In this document: one piece after another, positions 47,045 through 57,540 of the stretch
How the letters are laid out: the number at the start of each line of letters is the position of its first letter
How positions within the stretch are numbered: the first letter of the stretch is position 1
Source of the DNA: a virus
Virus record (IMG/VR): IMGVR_UViG_3300010354_000001
Span: 49,975 to 113,974 of that record
Reading direction: 5' to 3' (one strand)
DNA: 64,000 nucleotides
Made by a program: the position numbers and the translations under genes
Notes under the pieces: generated by a model
What the model was told of the DNA's origin: nothing
Databases searched by the model: none
The model's input: only the letters and a program-made list of their open reading frames with translations

Positions 47045-47434
47045 CTATCCTATTCTATCAATTATAGCAAACAATTTAGTGTTAAAACCTATATCCTCTG
47101 ATGGTAGATCGTCATCCCCAAACTCCTCGTTTAGTTGGGTGTCGTGTATCTTGGCGTAGTATGAATATGTACCAGTACCATAGAATCCTAAGTCTAAAAC
47201 CCCCCTTTCAGTTCTCCACAAAAAATTAACTTCCCCATCATTAGCTAGTGATATGTGCGGAATAGTCTGACCTAATAGTTTATGCCTAGAAGCTAACCAA
47301 TATACAAAATCCTTAGCTTCCTCTATAGCTTTAGCTGTGGCTGGTTTAGCATCTTCGCCATCCCAGCCTTCTTGGTACTTCGCTATTGCTTGTATGGTAT
47401 CCAGTAACTTATCTTTTATTGTAGGCATAGTCAT
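47045..47434 (-). CDS. Hypothetical protein
   Basis: GWDG..A.P and DGEV.F.W motifs. Confidence 0.7.
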   Translation of the reverse strand: MTMPTIKDKLLDTIQAIAKYQEGWDGEDAKPATAKAIEEAKDFVYWLASRHKLLGQTIPHISLANDGEVNFLWRTERGVLDLGFYGTGTYSYYAKIHDTQLNEEFGDDDLPSEDIGFNTKLFAIIDRIG

Positions 47435-47437
47435 AAT

Positions 47438-47926
47438 TTACTCCTTTACTAATTCATCTCGCATAGCAGGAACTAACCTAAATCCCCCAACACTATTCTT
47501 TATGAAAGTTCTTTTGTGCCAAGGGTTATTAGATAGGAATACTTTAAAATATTCTATAAATCTCTTAACTTCTCGTTCATCATAAGCTAGATGCCCGTAA
47601 AGTCCTTCTTTGGTTTTAGTTTTAGGTAGTAGTTTAGGGCTACTTTTTATGAACTCTGCAAACACTATATCACTAATACCAAAATGTGCCTTAAGATCCA
47701 TTCTAGTAACACTCTTAACTTTACCTCCATGAACTCTGCGATCTCTATAGGGTATTTTATTTTCTAGCAGTAGTACATCGGGGTCTTGTCTATATACTTC
47801 TTTAGAGACTTTATCAGAAAAGGCCTTGACATTAGATACTCTAGCTATACATTCATTAAAAGTTAATTTCCGTTTTTTGTTCATCCAATAAATTCTACAT
47901 CGAAGCCTTTCTTCTTGTACTCCCAA
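47438..47926 (-). CDS. Hypothetical protein (likely start ATG 47884)
   Basis: Basic ORF coupled to helicase stop. Confidence 0.65.
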   Translation of the reverse strand: MGVQEERLRCRIYWMNKKRKLTFNECIARVSNVKAFSDKVSKEVYRQDPDVLLLENKIPYRDRRVHGGKVKSVTRMDLKAHFGISDIVFAEFIKSSPKLLPKTKTKEGLYGHLAYDEREVKRFIEYFKVFLSNNPWHKRTFIKNSVGGFRLVPAMRDELVKE

Positions 47927-49767
47927 ACTCGACTATTGCACATACCGCAGAAAGCTGAGTATTCCTCATCTCTGATGGTGTGCCATTCAGGTAGTGGTTT
48001 ACCCTTCATTAATCTTCTCACCCTACCTGTTACCTGAACACCTTTGCCTCTTGGAGTTATATCTATTCCCCAATCCAATCTTGGCACGTTTAACCCTTTC
48101 TCGGCCTTCTTGTACGTAGCTAGAACTATGCGGCAGTCTTTAAGTATGCTTTTTACATCTTTTTCTTTTAGGATTTTTCTTTTTCCATTAGCTTGAGTGG
48201 CCGATCCTGTATATAATCCTACATCCTTGCCAGAAACCCCTAAGTTTATAAGCCTTTCTTTAATGTCTTCTAGCTGAGGTATCCTATCCCCTATAACCAA
48301 GATGTGCCTACCTCTGTTGTAAGCCTCCAATACTAGCCCAGTTATAAATTTGTTTCTGTTCTTGTCTTTGGATAAATGACTAATATGTATACTTAGATTG
48401 TTACCAAATGGATACTTGCCGCCGTTGGAGTAGTTATGCACAAAGGCTTTTAGATCCATTGACTTGCCTTCGGCCTTAACTCTAGGTTGCCCCAAAAACC
48501 ACTTATATACTTTATCTGATCCGTCTTTTCGCTCATCAGTAGCAGTTAATCCTAGTCTGAAAGCCCCATAACAATATTTAAAAGCTTCTGAGAAGGTAGC
48601 AGCTCCCATAATGTGAACCTCATCGAAAATCCAAAACCCAAAAGACTCATAGAATTTTTTAGGGTAGAGAGCTGTGCCTTTTCTTATAGATTGAATTGTG
48701 GCTATGCAAATAGGAGCAGTCATATTAAAACCCCCTTTACCTTGCACTATAGCCACGTGATTAGGATTCATTCCTAGTAGATTTATAGCTTCCTGTTTCC
48801 ATTGATCTGCTAAGTTTATTTGATCTACTACTATTAATGTTCTCAAACCTATTCTAGAAGCTACTGCTAATCCTACTGGGCTTTTACCTGAGTTGTGGGT
48901 AACAGTGAAATCCTCTAACAGATACAGACTATCTTCTACAGTAAAGCCATAGAAGTTATCATCCTCTACTCTAGTTACAGTAAAACTGGAAGTCTCTATA
49001 CCTAACCCGTCAGGCAGTACTTTATAGAGCAGTCCATAGTAAGGCCTAAATATGCACTTTAGAGAATTAGCTACATGAAGGACTAGCAAGTATTCACTAA
49101 TAGTTATATTTACATACTCTATCCTATTAGATCCATCCCCGAGATAGTCTGAAGTATTTAGCTGTAGCCTAAGCACGTGATCTGAATTGCATCTAAAGGA
49201 TTGCCCTTTGCTAGGCTTAACCTCATATATCTCCCCATACCCCCTATATAACTTAGTGACTAATTTAGGTTGAGAGTCTTCCCCCATTAAATAATCACCG
49301 ACCCTAACATCCTCTACATTCACTAAGGTTCCGTCATGTCTTATTATTTTAGTGCCTTTTGTATGGCATCCTGTATCCGCAGTAGCTAAACATGAAATTC
49401 TCTCCTCAAGCACCTTTAGGATACCTTGAATAAACTCTGCTTGGCCCTCTGGGGCTTGTTCGTGATAAGGATCTATTTCTTTCTTGGCTTTGAGCCTCAT
49501 AGTACCCATGCAAGTTTTATCTTCCCACGGCAGATGGTCATACCTACCAGGCTTCAAAGCCCACTCAAGAGGAACTCCTAAGTGGGTTGAGTAGCTTGTG
49601 TCATCGTAAGCAGTTATTCTAGTATCTTTACCATCTTCCATAAATTTAGTAGGTACGTGAGTTAATGCATTTTTAATGTTTACTCGTGTATCACTACTAA
49701 ATCTAGATTTGTGCTCCCCTAGCATGTCGTAGGGAATGTAGGCATAGCTGCTTATGAATGGTTTCAT
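47881..49767 (-). CDS. Superfamily 2 DEXH helicase with intein
   Basis: ADTG|...|SGKS Walker A, DEVH, GLTAT, GLNVP.LD, Q..GRV.R. Confidence 0.9.
   Translation of the reverse strand: MKPFISSYAYIPYDMLGEHKSRFSSDTRVNIKNALTHVPTKFMEDGKDTRITAYDDTSYSTHLGVPLEWALKPGRYDHLPWEDKTCMGTMRLKAKKEIDPYHEQAPEGQAEFIQGILKVLEERISCLATADTGCHTKGTKIIRHDGTLVNVEDVRVGDYLMGEDSQPKLVTKLYRGYGEIYEVKPSKGQSFRCNSDHVLRLQLNTSDYLGDGSNRIEYVNITISEYLLVLHVANSLKCIFRPYYGLLYKVLPDGLGIETSSFTVTRVEDDNFYGFTVEDSLYLLEDFTVTHNSGKSPVGLAVASRIGLRTLIVVDQINLADQWKQEAINLLGMNPNHVAIVQGKGGFNMTAPICIATIQSIRKGTALYPKKFYESFGFWIFDEVHIMGAATFSEAFKYCYGAFRLGLTATDERKDGSDKVYKWFLGQPRVKAEGKSMDLKAFVHNYSNGGKYPFGNNLSIHISHLSKDKNRNKFITGLVLEAYNRGRHILVIGDRIPQLEDIKERLINLGVSGKDVGLYTGSATQANGKRKILKEKDVKSILKDCRIVLATYKKAEKGLNVPRLDWGIDITPRGKGVQVTGRVRRLMKGKPLPEWHTIRDEEYSAFCGMCNSRVWEYKKKGFDVEFIG
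48892..49368 (-). mobile_element. Mini-intein (159 aa) in helicase Walker A
   Basis: CHTKGT...NSDH...VTHN|S. Confidence 0.88.
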
Positions 49768-50018
49768 TTTTTAGTTTGTTGGTTGGGAGTTACTTGAATG
49801 TACGTTCCGTCAGAATTGTAGTAGAAATTTCCTCTTTGAGTAGTATGGCTACCATCGGAGCTAAAGTAAGTATTTCCTATTTTTTTAGTTACATTGCCGT
49901 CAGAACTAAAATAGGTATTGCCTATCTTAGTTCCGTCAGCAGAGTAGACTACTGCTACTATAGTAAGAATTACAGGAAGTACTCCTCTAGAGATCGAAAT
50001 CATCAAACCCATCATCAT
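49764..50018 (-). CDS. Small exported protein with KIGNTYFSSDG repeats (start uncertain)
   Basis: Hydrophobic N-terminus and three 14-15 aa repeats. Confidence 0.6.
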   Translation of the reverse strand: MMMGLMISISRGVLPVILTIVAVVYSADGTKIGNTYFSSDGNVTKKIGNTYFSSDGSHTTQRGNFYYNSDGTYIQVTPNQQTKK

Positions 50019-51186
50019 CCTCTATTACTATTTTTTTCTTTTTAGCTACTGGAGCTTGTGGTTCTTCTTCCTCTACCTCTTCTACTTCTTCAAGATCATC
50101 AAACTCATCAACTTCAGTTTCTACTACTAAAGGTTTAGTTAAGTTTAATTTCTTACCTCTGCCACCTGCAGTTCTAGTAGTTACTAGAGTAATTTCCTCC
50201 TCTGCTAGTTCCTCAGTCGCAGTTACATCTAAGCTAACTTCTTCCTCGTCTGAGAAGAAATCATCTACTGAAGACTCATCTAACTTCTCAACATAGTCTG
50301 GATCAAATAGCTTAGTAGCTTCTTCTAGGGATAGCTTTCCAGTCATAACATCGTAACAGTTTAGGGGTTCTGATGCCCATTTGTAATCGTGCACTGGCAC
50401 TAACTCACTACTAAGTAGTTTACCTTCTTTATTAGTAATAGGCGTTGGCTGGATTTGTTTAGCAAGCTTTTCGATGATAGCTTCAGCATTAGCTCCATAG
50501 AAATGGTAAGTCTTAGCGATCCCATTCTTGCCCTTGATAGTGCCTAATGCCCCATGCCCTGCACTGATCTCTGCGGCTGACCTAGTGACTGGAATATACA
50601 AACCTCTGATGGTCTTATGCTCTGCATACACCTCTTTAAGGATGTCGATTAGCCCTTGTCTTGCAGTTGCATTAAATACTGCCCACAGCTGCTTTCCATA
50701 GACTGCTTTACCTTTGCTAACGTAGTTAGGTACTGGAACAAACTCAATCTTTCCGTCTACTGCCTTTCTGTCTACTGCCTTTCTGTCTACTGCCTTTCTG
50801 TCTACTAGCAACACAGTTAACCCTAAAACAAATCTAGCCTGCTCTACATCATTAACCTTTCTACTGCTAGCTTTGCACAACGGGCAGTTTTGCCCCACTC
50901 CTGGATCTGTACTAAAACAACCAGCATAGAAAGTTTCCTTAAAATCTCCTCCAGGAATTACTGGGTGTTCCTTGTAACGTAAAACTTTTTCTATGTCTCT
51001 GTCTAGGATGATAACGCCTAAATCTGCACCCTTCTCTAGCCTAACTCTAGACTTAGTAAAAATTTGTACGTCTTTGCCGTACTTTTTAACTATATTGGAT
51101 TTTTGATCACTTAGGGCTTTAGTCTTCTCCCTATTGATTTGATCTTGTTTTGATTTCTCCTCGAAATCACTGAAACTGAATGTCAT
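49987..51186 (-). CDS. Putative single-stranded DNA-binding/annealing protein
   Basis: H...C...CPLC zinc motif, long acidic tail, position beside primase. Confidence 0.6.
   Translation of the reverse strand: MTFSFSDFEEKSKQDQINREKTKALSDQKSNIVKKYGKDVQIFTKSRVRLEKGADLGVIILDRDIEKVLRYKEHPVIPGGDFKETFYAGCFSTDPGVGQNCPLCKASSRKVNDVEQARFVLGLTVLLVDRKAVDRKAVDRKAVDGKIEFVPVPNYVSKGKAVYGKQLWAVFNATARQGLIDILKEVYAEHKTIRGLYIPVTRSAAEISAGHGALGTIKGKNGIAKTYHFYGANAEAIIEKLAKQIQPTPITNKEGKLLSSELVPVHDYKWASEPLNCYDVMTGKLSLEEATKLFDPDYVEKLDESSVDDFFSDEEEVSLDVTATEELAEEEITLVTTRTAGGRGKKLNLTKPLVVETEVDEFDDLEEVEEVEEEEPQAPVAKKKKIVIEDDDGFDDFDL
50755..50806. repeat. In-frame 15-bp tandem repeat (VDRKA x3.5)
   Basis: GTCTACTGCCTTTCT x3 plus partial. 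Confidence 0.9.
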
Positions 51187-52172
51187 TTTACTTTTCTCCT
51201 TTTTGGTTTGTTTGCGATAACATCTGCATTACTAAGCATACCATAGATTTGATCTTTTGTCAGATCATCTGGATCTTTTATACCTTCTGGGTATGTTACT
51301 TTATATACTACCATATGTTCACACATGTCTTTTAGAGGGGGTAGCTTATTTGTACCTAAGAACATTGCTTTGTTTCCTGAGTCGTCATTGTCTAACATCA
51401 TGTAAGTAGGTAAACTTAAAGAGATTAGAAGCTCTCTTTGTATTTTAGTTACTCCTGTACCCATAGTTGCTAAGATATTATATTTTTCGTCAAGTCCGAA
51501 CTCGTGCAATCTAGCATACATGAATAATCCTTCCACTAGTATTACTGGTTTAGAATTATCTACCTTGTGTATTCCCAGTAAGGTTTTCTTAACTCCTGAT
51601 AATGCAGTAGTTAGTATCTTTGGAACTTTATCTTTGTATTCGCCTGTGATTTTGAAGATGAATCTCCCAGTATGCCCTAGCAGCTTACCTCTGTAATTAT
51701 AAATATTAAATACTATTCTTTTCTTTTCTGGATGATACCCTAAATTTAATCTATCACAAGTCTCTGGGCTTATGCCTCTAGCCGCACAGTAATCCATAGC
51801 CACTTTGTAGTCTGTGACTGGCGGAATTATGTCATAAAGCTCTTCTGTTAATTCTATTATCTTTGCTTCAGGCAGTATCTCTAATTCGTCTGAAGCTTCT
51901 AACTTGGCCATTTCAGGCATTAAATAAATATACTTAGAGTCTTTTGTATATCCGTATAAATCTACTAATAGATCATCTATAGTACCAGTATGATTGCAAG
52001 CCCTACAACCATACCAGTATTTACCTTTGTGTGCGTTGATGGTGAAGGAAGGTCTTGAGTCAGTGCCATTGCCATGAGTCCACGGAGCTAAAGGACAGCT
52101 TGCTTTAACTCCTACCTCTGTAGCTACGGCATTAGTTAATTCTAAGGCTTTGGCTATAGCTGAATAACTCAC
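51183..52172 (-). CDS. DNA primase (zinc finger + Toprim)
   Basis: CP...H...D..PSF...C.AC, GR, LVEG, LDNDDSG, KDPD. Confidence 0.88.
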   Translation of the reverse strand: MSYSAIAKALELTNAVATEVGVKASCPLAPWTHGNGTDSRPSFTINAHKGKYWYGCRACNHTGTIDDLLVDLYGYTKDSKYIYLMPEMAKLEASDELEILPEAKIIELTEELYDIIPPVTDYKVAMDYCAARGISPETCDRLNLGYHPEKKRIVFNIYNYRGKLLGHTGRFIFKITGEYKDKVPKILTTALSGVKKTLLGIHKVDNSKPVILVEGLFMYARLHEFGLDEKYNILATMGTGVTKIQRELLISLSLPTYMMLDNDDSGNKAMFLGTNKLPPLKDMCEHMVVYKVTYPEGIKDPDDLTKDQIYGMLSNADVIANKPKRRKVK

Positions 52173-52666
52173 TTTGCTTTTATTTCCAGTTTTTTACCTA
52201 ACTTATTTACTACGGTCATATCATTTACTTCTTGTTTAGTGAAAGCGTTTTCTACCTTGCCTTTGCCTACGCTAATGTATTGCTGTATTTCTTGTATGTC
52301 TTTAGCCGTAAGAGTTATATCCCCTTTTTTAATCTCGGTAATAGTTCTTAACAGTTTCTCAAAAGATATAACGACTTCTTCATTATCTACAGAAGCTACA
52401 CTAACTCCTGAATGAGAAAATCTAGGCTTTCCAAGACTAGGGAAAAGTTCTGCAATCTCATTCTTGGTAGCAGTCTCTTCTTTTCCTATTTCCTTAGCTT
52501 CCCTTTCTTTATCTAAACGCTTAACTCGTAAGTCGTTATATGTAGCCGATAATGTTTTTAGTTTTTCCTCAACCTCTACATCTACTTTCTCTGCTACTAC
52601 TTCATCAAATTCATCAAATTCATCAAATTCTATTTCTTGCATTTTTGTCTCCTCTAGATAGTACAA
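52169..52666 (-). CDS. Hypothetical coiled-coil protein (likely start 52642)
   Basis: GGAG RBS before second Met. Confidence 0.7.
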   Translation of the reverse strand: MYYLEETKMQEIEFDEFDEFDEVVAEKVDVEVEEKLKTLSATYNDLRVKRLDKEREAKEIGKEETATKNEIAELFPSLGKPRFSHSGVSVASVDNEEVVISFEKLLRTITEIKKGDITLTAKDIQEIQQYISVGKGKVENAFTKQEVNDMTVVNKLGKKLEIKAK

Positions 52667-55600
52667 AAGTCTGGTCTTGTTGCTATCATTTGTATGTTAT
52701 TCCCATCATAGCAGAAATATTTACTTGCTTGCTCTTTAGTTACATTAAATTCTTTACAGAATAGTCTAAAGTCTTTAGCTCTTTCTTTTTTGGGATCGTC
52801 TATTTCAAACTGCAATTCTGCTAACGTGAATACGTCAGCCCAGTTAACCCCTAAGTCTGGATCTGCTACAAAAGGTATAGGTGAGATTATGCCAAAATCT
52901 CTAGCTATGGGCACATTCTCCATATACCATTTTATGTAACTCGCATATTCTACAGCTAATTCTTTTCTCACTTCAAAATATAAAGCATCATGGATGAAAT
53001 TTATGGGTCTAATATTATTTCGATCCATATCTTTCATAATGTAATAGAAAGCCATTAAGCCCATATCACTACCAAATTCTTGTATACACGAATTTATGGA
53101 GTAGCGTTCTGCTTCTAACTTAACCCATTTATCGTGTGAGTGTATGGCTGGTAAATGCCTAGTGCTGCCGTGAAGAGCCTTGACATACCCGTGTTTATGT
53201 GCAAACTCTTTAGTATCTGTATGCCATTGTTCCAATCCAGGGTAAGTCTGAGTCAGTAAAGTCTCTCTGATTATCTCGGCCTCTTCTAAAGTAAAGTCCG
53301 CATTATATAGAAGTTTAGCGTAAACCACAAACCCTTTAGGCAATAACCCATACATAAATCCAAATATAATAGCTTTAGCTTTATTTCTTAACTCTTTTCT
53401 TAATTTGGAGTCTATCTTCCTAAATTCTTCTATAGTTATCTTCAGTAGTATCTCTGCTGCGGTTTTAGCGTGTATGTCTAATCCTTCATTGTAGATCTGT
53501 TGCATTACCTTCTCTTTTGCAGCGATGGCAATACACCTAAGCTCCATCTGAGAATAATCTGCTGCTAGTAAAACAAAACCATCTGATGTTATAATGCTTT
53601 TCTTAAACTGCACGGCTAGATCCCCTTTTGACGGAGGGTTCTGCATGTTAGGTCTTTTGCAGTTTGAGTTATGTGATACTATACCATTAGCTATGTAACT
53701 GTGATCTTCCTCTACTTCTATATCGAATGTCTCTACTAGATCATTCTTTTTGTAATAGAATGAATTAACTTTAGATCCTTTAAACTCGCCATTGGAATAG
53801 GTCATTAACTTATCTGTATAGTCTAAATGTTGAATTTGTTTAAAGTCTCCCGACTCTAACATGAGCTTATGTTTTAAAGTTCCTCTAATTACAAAGCCGT
53901 TATCTAAGCAAACTCCATAAACTTCTTTCTTGCCGTTCTTGAAAATCTTAGCTACTGGCATGTGGCGTTGCTTATGCGTTAAAACTAAATCCCCAACAAC
54001 TATTTGATCTATTCTCTTAGTGATAGTTTTTCTGCCCTGTTTAACTGTAACTAAAGTATCCCCTGTTAAGCATCTACCAGTGTTAGTGTGGATATCGTAG
54101 GTAGGGTGGATTCTGTACTCTCCTGTTTCCTCGTTAAACTTTATATGCTGCCATAGCCCTGTAAGCTTCTCTCTATCACCTGTGTAGGTATCACTCATCT
54201 TGGATATCTTGGAGTAGTCGCAGTACCTATCTATTAGTTCGTAGCCTTGCTCTTTAAAGAATTTTAAATGCGTGTTGACCGCTATAGAAGGAATTTTTAC
54301 TTCTTTGGTTTTACTAGAAGGTTCATAGCCTTTATCTGGAATAGGAATAATCCCTAAACCGTCCTCGGAAAATATCGCATCTCTCATCATCTCTTTATTC
54401 CCTAATCTTAAAGGCTCTTTGGTTTCAGCTTTTTTACCAAACATATACTTACGTCTTATTTTAGGAGGGATGAGTTTAATTATTTCTACACTTTCCTCTT
54501 TTAAATGTTTTAAGTATTCCTTAGATATACTGTCAAAATAGTTAACGTCTACTCTAATTCCAGTACGTTCCATGTCAAAAAATGTCTCTATAGCTCTCAT
54601 CTTAACTTTACTGAATACCTTTAGATTACTTGGATCTTCTTTAGCGATCTTTATTAGAGTCTTGCATAATCTAAAAGTGGCATCTGTATCTCCTCCTGCA
54701 TAGTCTATCATATCTGTAGGATGTACGGCTATCATTTGCCCTTTATCCGTCTCTCTATTAAAATTATCTGCATAGCCAGCAAGCTCAGGCACAAATATTT
54801 TAACCGCATTATCTAGACCTTTCGATGGCATATTCTCGTCTATAGACCATAACATTTGCAATGTGTCTACGTATAAACCTTTAAGTCTGTGTCCTAGATT
54901 AAGTGCCATGTGCATATCAAATTTTATATTATGCCCTATCTTCTTAATGTTAGGATCTTCTATTAACTCTTTCCACTGGTCTCTTAAAGTATCATAACTA
55001 AACTCGCCAAAAGTCTCTCTAAAGTACTCAGGAAAATAATCTTCTGCTACTGGACTTAAAATAGAATGTCCTTCTTTAAAAGTCATCTGATAAACTATCG
55101 GTTTGTTTATCTTCCAGTCAAGTCCAGTAGTCTCCGTATCAAAAGCTATGGCAGTCGGCCTATTCTCTAGTATGTCTGAAATATCGACTCTCCACTCATA
55201 ATTATTCTCAAACTTAAATAAATTATCATTATACTCAAAGTTATTCTGTATTAGCTTTTTAAGCATCATTATTTGAGCTTTAACTAAAGATATAGAATCT
55301 TTATACATAGCTGCATTTCTAATGCTTATACAGCCTATTATAGGGTATGGATGACTTTCAACTTTCCTAATGATGCCTTCAAAGTCTCCAGCTACCACGG
55401 ATCTCCCAAAAACTTGCAGCGCAGCATATTTGGCCACATATAATAGAGCTTTAGGCTTAAAAGTGTTAAAGATTTTTAAGAAGTCAGCTCTACAAGCTAG
55501 TACAAATTCTTTGGCTGCTTTTTCTATTTTCTTGATTTCTCTAGGTATTTCTGGGGCTGGAATTATAAAGGAAACTTTAGATAAATCTACACCAGCTTCT

Positions 55601-55716
55601 TTTAGGGTGGAGGTAAGTATCTTGCCAGACTCGCTAACTATAAATTCCGACATCGATTGATTTGACGGCTCTAATATAACTAAAACATCACATATTCTAT
55701 TTCCTGCTACTTTCAC
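52654..55716 (-). CDS. polA: Family A DNA polymerase with N-terminal UDG-like domain, 3'-5' exonuclease and intein
   Basis: FDTETTG, HNIKFD, YAGGD; TGR|..|SN..PNMQN, ADYSQMELR, R..AKAI.FG..YG, IHDA. Confidence 0.92.
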   Translation of the reverse strand: MKVAGNRICDVLVILEPSNQSMSEFIVSESGKILTSTLKEAGVDLSKVSFIIPAPEIPREIKKIEKAAKEFVLACRADFLKIFNTFKPKALLYVAKYAALQVFGRSVVAGDFEGIIRKVESHPYPIIGCISIRNAAMYKDSISLVKAQIMMLKKLIQNNFEYNDNLFKFENNYEWRVDISDILENRPTAIAFDTETTGLDWKINKPIVYQMTFKEGHSILSPVAEDYFPEYFRETFGEFSYDTLRDQWKELIEDPNIKKIGHNIKFDMHMALNLGHRLKGLYVDTLQMLWSIDENMPSKGLDNAVKIFVPELAGYADNFNRETDKGQMIAVHPTDMIDYAGGDTDATFRLCKTLIKIAKEDPSNLKVFSKVKMRAIETFFDMERTGIRVDVNYFDSISKEYLKHLKEESVEIIKLIPPKIRRKYMFGKKAETKEPLRLGNKEMMRDAIFSEDGLGIIPIPDKGYEPSSKTKEVKIPSIAVNTHLKFFKEQGYELIDRYCDYSKISKMSDTYTGDREKLTGLWQHIKFNEETGEYRIHPTYDIHTNTGRCLTGDTLVTVKQGRKTITKRIDQIVVGDLVLTHKQRHMPVAKIFKNGKKEVYGVCLDNGFVIRGTLKHKLMLESGDFKQIQHLDYTDKLMTYSNGEFKGSKVNSFYYKKNDLVETFDIEVEEDHSYIANGIVSHNSNCKRPNMQNPPSKGDLAVQFKKSIITSDGFVLLAADYSQMELRCIAIAAKEKVMQQIYNEGLDIHAKTAAEILLKITIEEFRKIDSKLRKELRNKAKAIIFGFMYGLLPKGFVVYAKLLYNADFTLEEAEIIRETLLTQTYPGLEQWHTDTKEFAHKHGYVKALHGSTRHLPAIHSHDKWVKLEAERYSINSCIQEFGSDMGLMAFYYIMKDMDRNNIRPINFIHDALYFEVRKELAVEYASYIKWYMENVPIARDFGIISPIPFVADPDLGVNWADVFTLAELQFEIDDPKKERAKDFRLFCKEFNVTKEQASKYFCYDGNNIQMIATRPDFCTI
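53668..54072 (-). mobile_element. Mini-intein (135 aa) in PolA
   Basis: CLTGDT...TLKH...IVSHN|S. Confidence 0.9.
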
Positions 55717-56987
55717 ATCAACTCCTTTAAATCTATGTCTTCATAAGTGAAGCTATTACTAAGGTTACCACCTTCCGTGATAAATCCTGCAAATTCAAAT
55801 TTATGTATGCTCATATCTCTTCGCATTAGCCACTTTCTTTTCTCTTCGGGCGCGTTTCTTCGCACTTTAACTATAGTCATCTCGTAGAAATCGTTATCAC
55901 TTTCATACGTTCTTACCTCAATTACCACAGAGGAGGCATTTATGATGTCTGCCCCTCCTGATATATTAGCTTTACTAGCTTCTTTTCTCTGCATCTTAGC
56001 AGACACGTTCTGCGTAGACATCATAATTGGAATCTTGTATTTTTTGTTTGCTTGTTTAAGTTTCTCTATAACTGCTTTTTGCTTCTCATATATAGAGCCG
56101 TTCCATCCAGTAGTACCATCATTCATAAGATATACCCCGTCTATGAAAATAACATCAGGTTTATAGAAATGAATAGCTGCAAGTAAATCATTTATACTAT
56201 AACTTAGATTACCGTCCACGAATATCATAGCTGGTTTCTCTTTTGCCTTCTCTACTGCCTCCCTAATAGCTTCCAATCCTTTGGGGTTTATCTCCCCAGT
56301 CATAATATAATCTGCATTAATTTGAGTAAGCATAGCTAACATTCTATCAGAGGATTCGTCATCATCCATCTCCATGTTAATATACATGGTTTTATATCCT
56401 GCGTTTTGTGCAGTCAGTAAACAATGCAAAATCATCCAAGATTTACCTTCCCCTGAAGGGGCAGACAGCGTTACTAGATCAGTCTTTCTTAGCCCTAAAA
56501 GCATGGTATCTACTTCGCCAAACCCCATAGGTACACCCATAGACACACCATCTCTGTTCTCATATATCCTGCGTTCAGCTTTGGCTAGATTCTCTGCCAT
56601 ATCGGAATAATAGTTCTTATCACTTAGGGTGGTTAATTCAGAGTAAACTCCAAAAATTAAATCTGCCATATCTGAGCAAGATTTAGTTAATAGAGTATCT
56701 TTTCTTTCTAATAAAGTTGCTATAGCATCTCTAGCGAATCTATCTCGCAGTTTCTCTACGTAGTACTCACAAGGTTGCGTGCAGATAGCCTCTTGAGCTA
56801 ACACTATCCTGTACTCGGTTCTTAAAAACTCTTCATCGGGAATTACTCTGTAACGATTAAAGTAATCCCTAATAGGTTCAAATACTTTTAATTCTTCTTC
56901 CCATAGAAGCTTTGTGTTTATGCTAGTTAAGATCGAGATGTCTTTCTCTCTTACTACTTTGCTTATTAGTATTAACCCTAAACTCAA
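55713..56987 (-). CDS. dnaB: DnaB-like replicative helicase
   Basis: APSGEGKS, INMEM, IFIDGVYL, STQ. Confidence 0.85.
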   Translation of the reverse strand: MSLGLILISKVVREKDISILTSINTKLLWEEELKVFEPIRDYFNRYRVIPDEEFLRTEYRIVLAQEAICTQPCEYYVEKLRDRFARDAIATLLERKDTLLTKSCSDMADLIFGVYSELTTLSDKNYYSDMAENLAKAERRIYENRDGVSMGVPMGFGEVDTMLLGLRKTDLVTLSAPSGEGKSWMILHCLLTAQNAGYKTMYINMEMDDDESSDRMLAMLTQINADYIMTGEINPKGLEAIREAVEKAKEKPAMIFVDGNLSYSINDLLAAIHFYKPDVIFIDGVYLMNDGTTGWNGSIYEKQKAVIEKLKQANKKYKIPIMMSTQNVSAKMQRKEASKANISGGADIINASSVVIEVRTYESDNDFYEMTIVKVRRNAPEEKRKWLMRRDMSIHKFEFAGFITEGGNLSNSFTYEDIDLKELM

Positions 56988-57529
56988 ATTAAACCTCCTA
57001 TGAGATTAGATTTTAACACAGATTGAAACCACTTGTAATATGGGCTTGCCTCTATCTCTAATCTTGGGTTTTTATCAGTTAGTAGAACCAAGCTCTTACC
57101 CTCAGTTAACCACTTAGAAAAGAAATTCTGTATCCTAGAGATATACTCTATATTTTCTTTAGCTGCATCAAACATATCCATAACACCTAGTACATGGTTT
57201 TTACCTAACTCTTCCCTAACGGTAATAGAGCTAATATTATATTCCCCTGAAACTATATCATTTATAGATATTATTTTACAGTAATCTATGCGATTTACCT
57301 TATTTAATATTTGTGCTATAAAAAATAAAGCTTTTTGGTATAGTTCTACTTCCTCAGTCTGCACAACATAAACTTTACCTGGAAATAGTATATCTGGATT
57401 CTCCATGAACTGTCTTAGAAAAATACGAACCTTCTCTCCTTCTGATCCGTAGTCAGCAAAGTTTCTAGAGATGTTTACATTGATACCTATACTCTTTTTG
57501 AGTCGGTGCTGCTGTTTGTCTAATGTCAT
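56984..57529 (-). CDS. Hypothetical protein (possible degenerate helicase loader)
   Basis: Alpha/beta pattern, directly upstream of dnaB; no intact P-loop. Confidence 0.5.
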   Translation of the reverse strand: MTLDKQQHRLKKSIGINVNISRNFADYGSEGEKVRIFLRQFMENPDILFPGKVYVVQTEEVELYQKALFFIAQILNKVNRIDYCKIISINDIVSGEYNISSITVREELGKNHVLGVMDMFDAAKENIEYISRIQNFFSKWLTEGKSLVLLTDKNPRLEIEASPYYKWFQSVLKSNLIGGLI

Positions 57530-57540
57530 TCATTTTCCTT

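Noticed and set aside
52594-52629. 9-bp TTCATCAAA tandem repeat
   Set aside because: Short in-frame slippage in an acidic N-terminus; no sign of separate function
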